Below, piece after piece: positions 62,150 through 64,000 of a DNA stretch of 64,000 bases; the first letter of the stretch is position 1, and the number at the start of each line of letters is the position of its first letter. The stretch comes from Pocillopora damicornis (Eukaryota): positions 62,001 to 126,000 of the forward strand of contig NW_020843941.1 in assembly GCF_003704095.1 (NCBI RefSeq), written 5' to 3'. The position numbers and the translations under genes were made by a program. The notes under the pieces are model-generated. The model was not told where the DNA came from. It saw only the letters and a program-made list of their open reading frames with translations, and did no database searches.

Positions 62150-62465
62150 TTATTTCGGACAACTTCGTGTGATTTCGGTCGGGTATATCTGTTTTCGGAC
62201 GCCGCCGTCTGATTTCGAACTGGACAGTCGATTTAGGACGTTCCCATCCCCTTTTGGACAGTTCCGTTTGATTGTTCTGTCCAATTTCGGAGGGCTTCGT
62301 CTAATTTTGGAAGGTTTCGTCCTATTTCGAACAGTGTCACCTAAATTCTGAACGTTCTGTCTTCTTCTGGAAGGGTCGATAAATTACTGACTGTTCTGCC
62401 CAATTTCAGACAGATTCGTCCGATTTCGAACCATATCATCTAGATTTGGACGTTTCTGTCCGAAT
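62150..62465. repeat. Degenerate minisatellite with a period of about 20 bp
   Basis: Recurrent (A/T)TTTCGGAC / ATTTCGAAC / TTTTGGAC..TTCGTC units. Confidence 0.65.
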
Positions 62466-64000
62466 TCATCAGAGCACGATGAAGGTCATCGAGTATTCTA
62501 ACTACTGAACCGTCTCCGTCTGTTCTAGTTCAGTCACTAATGTCCCTCTTCCGTCATGCACTTTCGAAATGGCTCTTACCTAAGAAGACACTTTCAGAAT
62601 ATTTATTTAAAAAATAAAATCAAGACAAAAACCACAAAGACACTTTTTTTATGCTGGTTTATTCGTATATTCTAACTTCAAAATATAATACTACTTGTAT
62701 ACCATCTAAAAACGCATATGCGTTATCTAAAGTTCTCTTAATGAGAAAGTTACGTTAACATTACAATATGTAAATAACTTAAACTCAAGAGAGGATTAAG
62801 TTTACTCTTCTCTTGTTCAAATATTTTGAAAAAGGACTGAAAGTAAGTGTAAATAAACAGCCACATTAAGCCAATAAATACTTAAATAATCGCATTAGTT
62901 TTAAGTTTCTTGGAACTTACCACTTAAAAAAAGTATTGGTTTGTAGCGTCGTGCTTAGCCAAAGTTGTGCAGCGTGAAAAGAGACCAACTACGGGCTACA
63001 GAATAAACCAATCATAACCCGAAGGAGCCGGTAAAAGCGCGGGAAAAAATGGGCGAGAAAAATGCAACCAGCTAATCGAAAAGCGCGAGAAACGTGTAAC
63101 CATTGGCAACGCTTCTGGATTGATTGAACCTGATTGGCTAGAAATTCTTCGAGGTAATGGACCCCTTTTTATTACCGAATACAAAAATCCGAAGCAGCCA
63201 GTCTTATGGCGCGAAAAATGAGCGGGAAAATATGAGCGGGACAAAATGAGCGGGAAAATTGCAACAAGGGATTGCAAACAAATAGCAAACTAAAAGCGCG
63301 GGAAACGCCTAAGCAGTGGTTAACGCTTTCAGAATGATTTTAGCTGATTTTCAGAAAAGTATTCTCTGATAACTGAGTACACTTCTATGTCAGTAGAAAA
63401 AGTTTCAAATATTAGTTAGAAGCAATACTTGAAATTTATCAAAGAACTATACAACAGCCCTATTAAGTTGAAACACCCGACCATGACATTTTTAGCTTGT
63501 TTCACAAAATTACATACAACCAAGTTTAAATAAACATTTTCTCTTGGAAAATATTTCATTAATAGCGATGAGATCAACCCTTTTTTTTCTCTTGGAAAAT
63601 ATCATTAACACTTCACATTGAGTCCCATAAAAACGTTTTCTGCGTATGAAAAATAGGAAAATACCATAAGTTAGTAGAAAAGATATTGTAGCACTTTTTA
63701 GAATTCAGCGTATGTCCAAATTGTATGAAGTTGAAGAACAAAGCTAAAAATGCTCGTTTGTTCTGAATCTTATAATTCGTTGAGTCTTCCTCTATTTATA
63801 TACACAATTAGCAGTTTTCAACCTCGTGCTACAAATATCTGAGGGAAACCTAGAAATTCACTAGAAATAACTCACACCAACATATGAATTATTATCACTT
63901 TCCATCAAGCAGCATGTTTATAAGGAATAAGTGATCATGGCAAGTATCCTTATGTGAGAATCATAAGCTGTTTAAATAGCTTGTTAAATGGTTTATCACT

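Noticed and set aside
62150-62465. CRISPR-like array of dyad-containing repeats
   Set aside because: The units are degenerate and abutting, with no unique spacers and no cas genes, in a eukaryotic context. It is a minisatellite.

Overview
AT-rich eukaryotic genomic DNA with spliceosomal introns, most likely a stony coral (inferred from repeat families and gene content). There is one 100-N assembly gap at 3237-3336. Four genes could be assembled by hand from GT-AG sites with matching exon phases. (1) TMEM87A/B-like GOLD-domain 7TM gene on the minus strand, starting at 15169 and running off the left edge. (2) DNAJC4-like J-domain gene on the plus strand (about 15289-20869), sharing a roughly 100-bp bidirectional promoter with TMEM87. 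(3) SMOC/Pentagone-like secreted gene on the minus strand (Kazal-TY-EC-TY-EC), whose best signal-peptide exon lies at 49072-49149, giving an 18.6-kb first intron. (4) A PAR-type bZIP gene (33579-34730, minus) apparently nested in that intron on the same strand, with a D-box and E-box in its own intron. Introns from 4 to 31 kb contain many roughly 210-bp TTAA-CCC piggyBac-like MITEs, tRNA-derived elements, a decayed Penelope-like retroelement and hammerhead-ribozyme relics. The 36-64 kb region is otherwise essentially non-coding and CpG-rich. No prokaryotic system, CRISPR array or rRNA is present. All gene models are manual and need RNA-seq confirmation.
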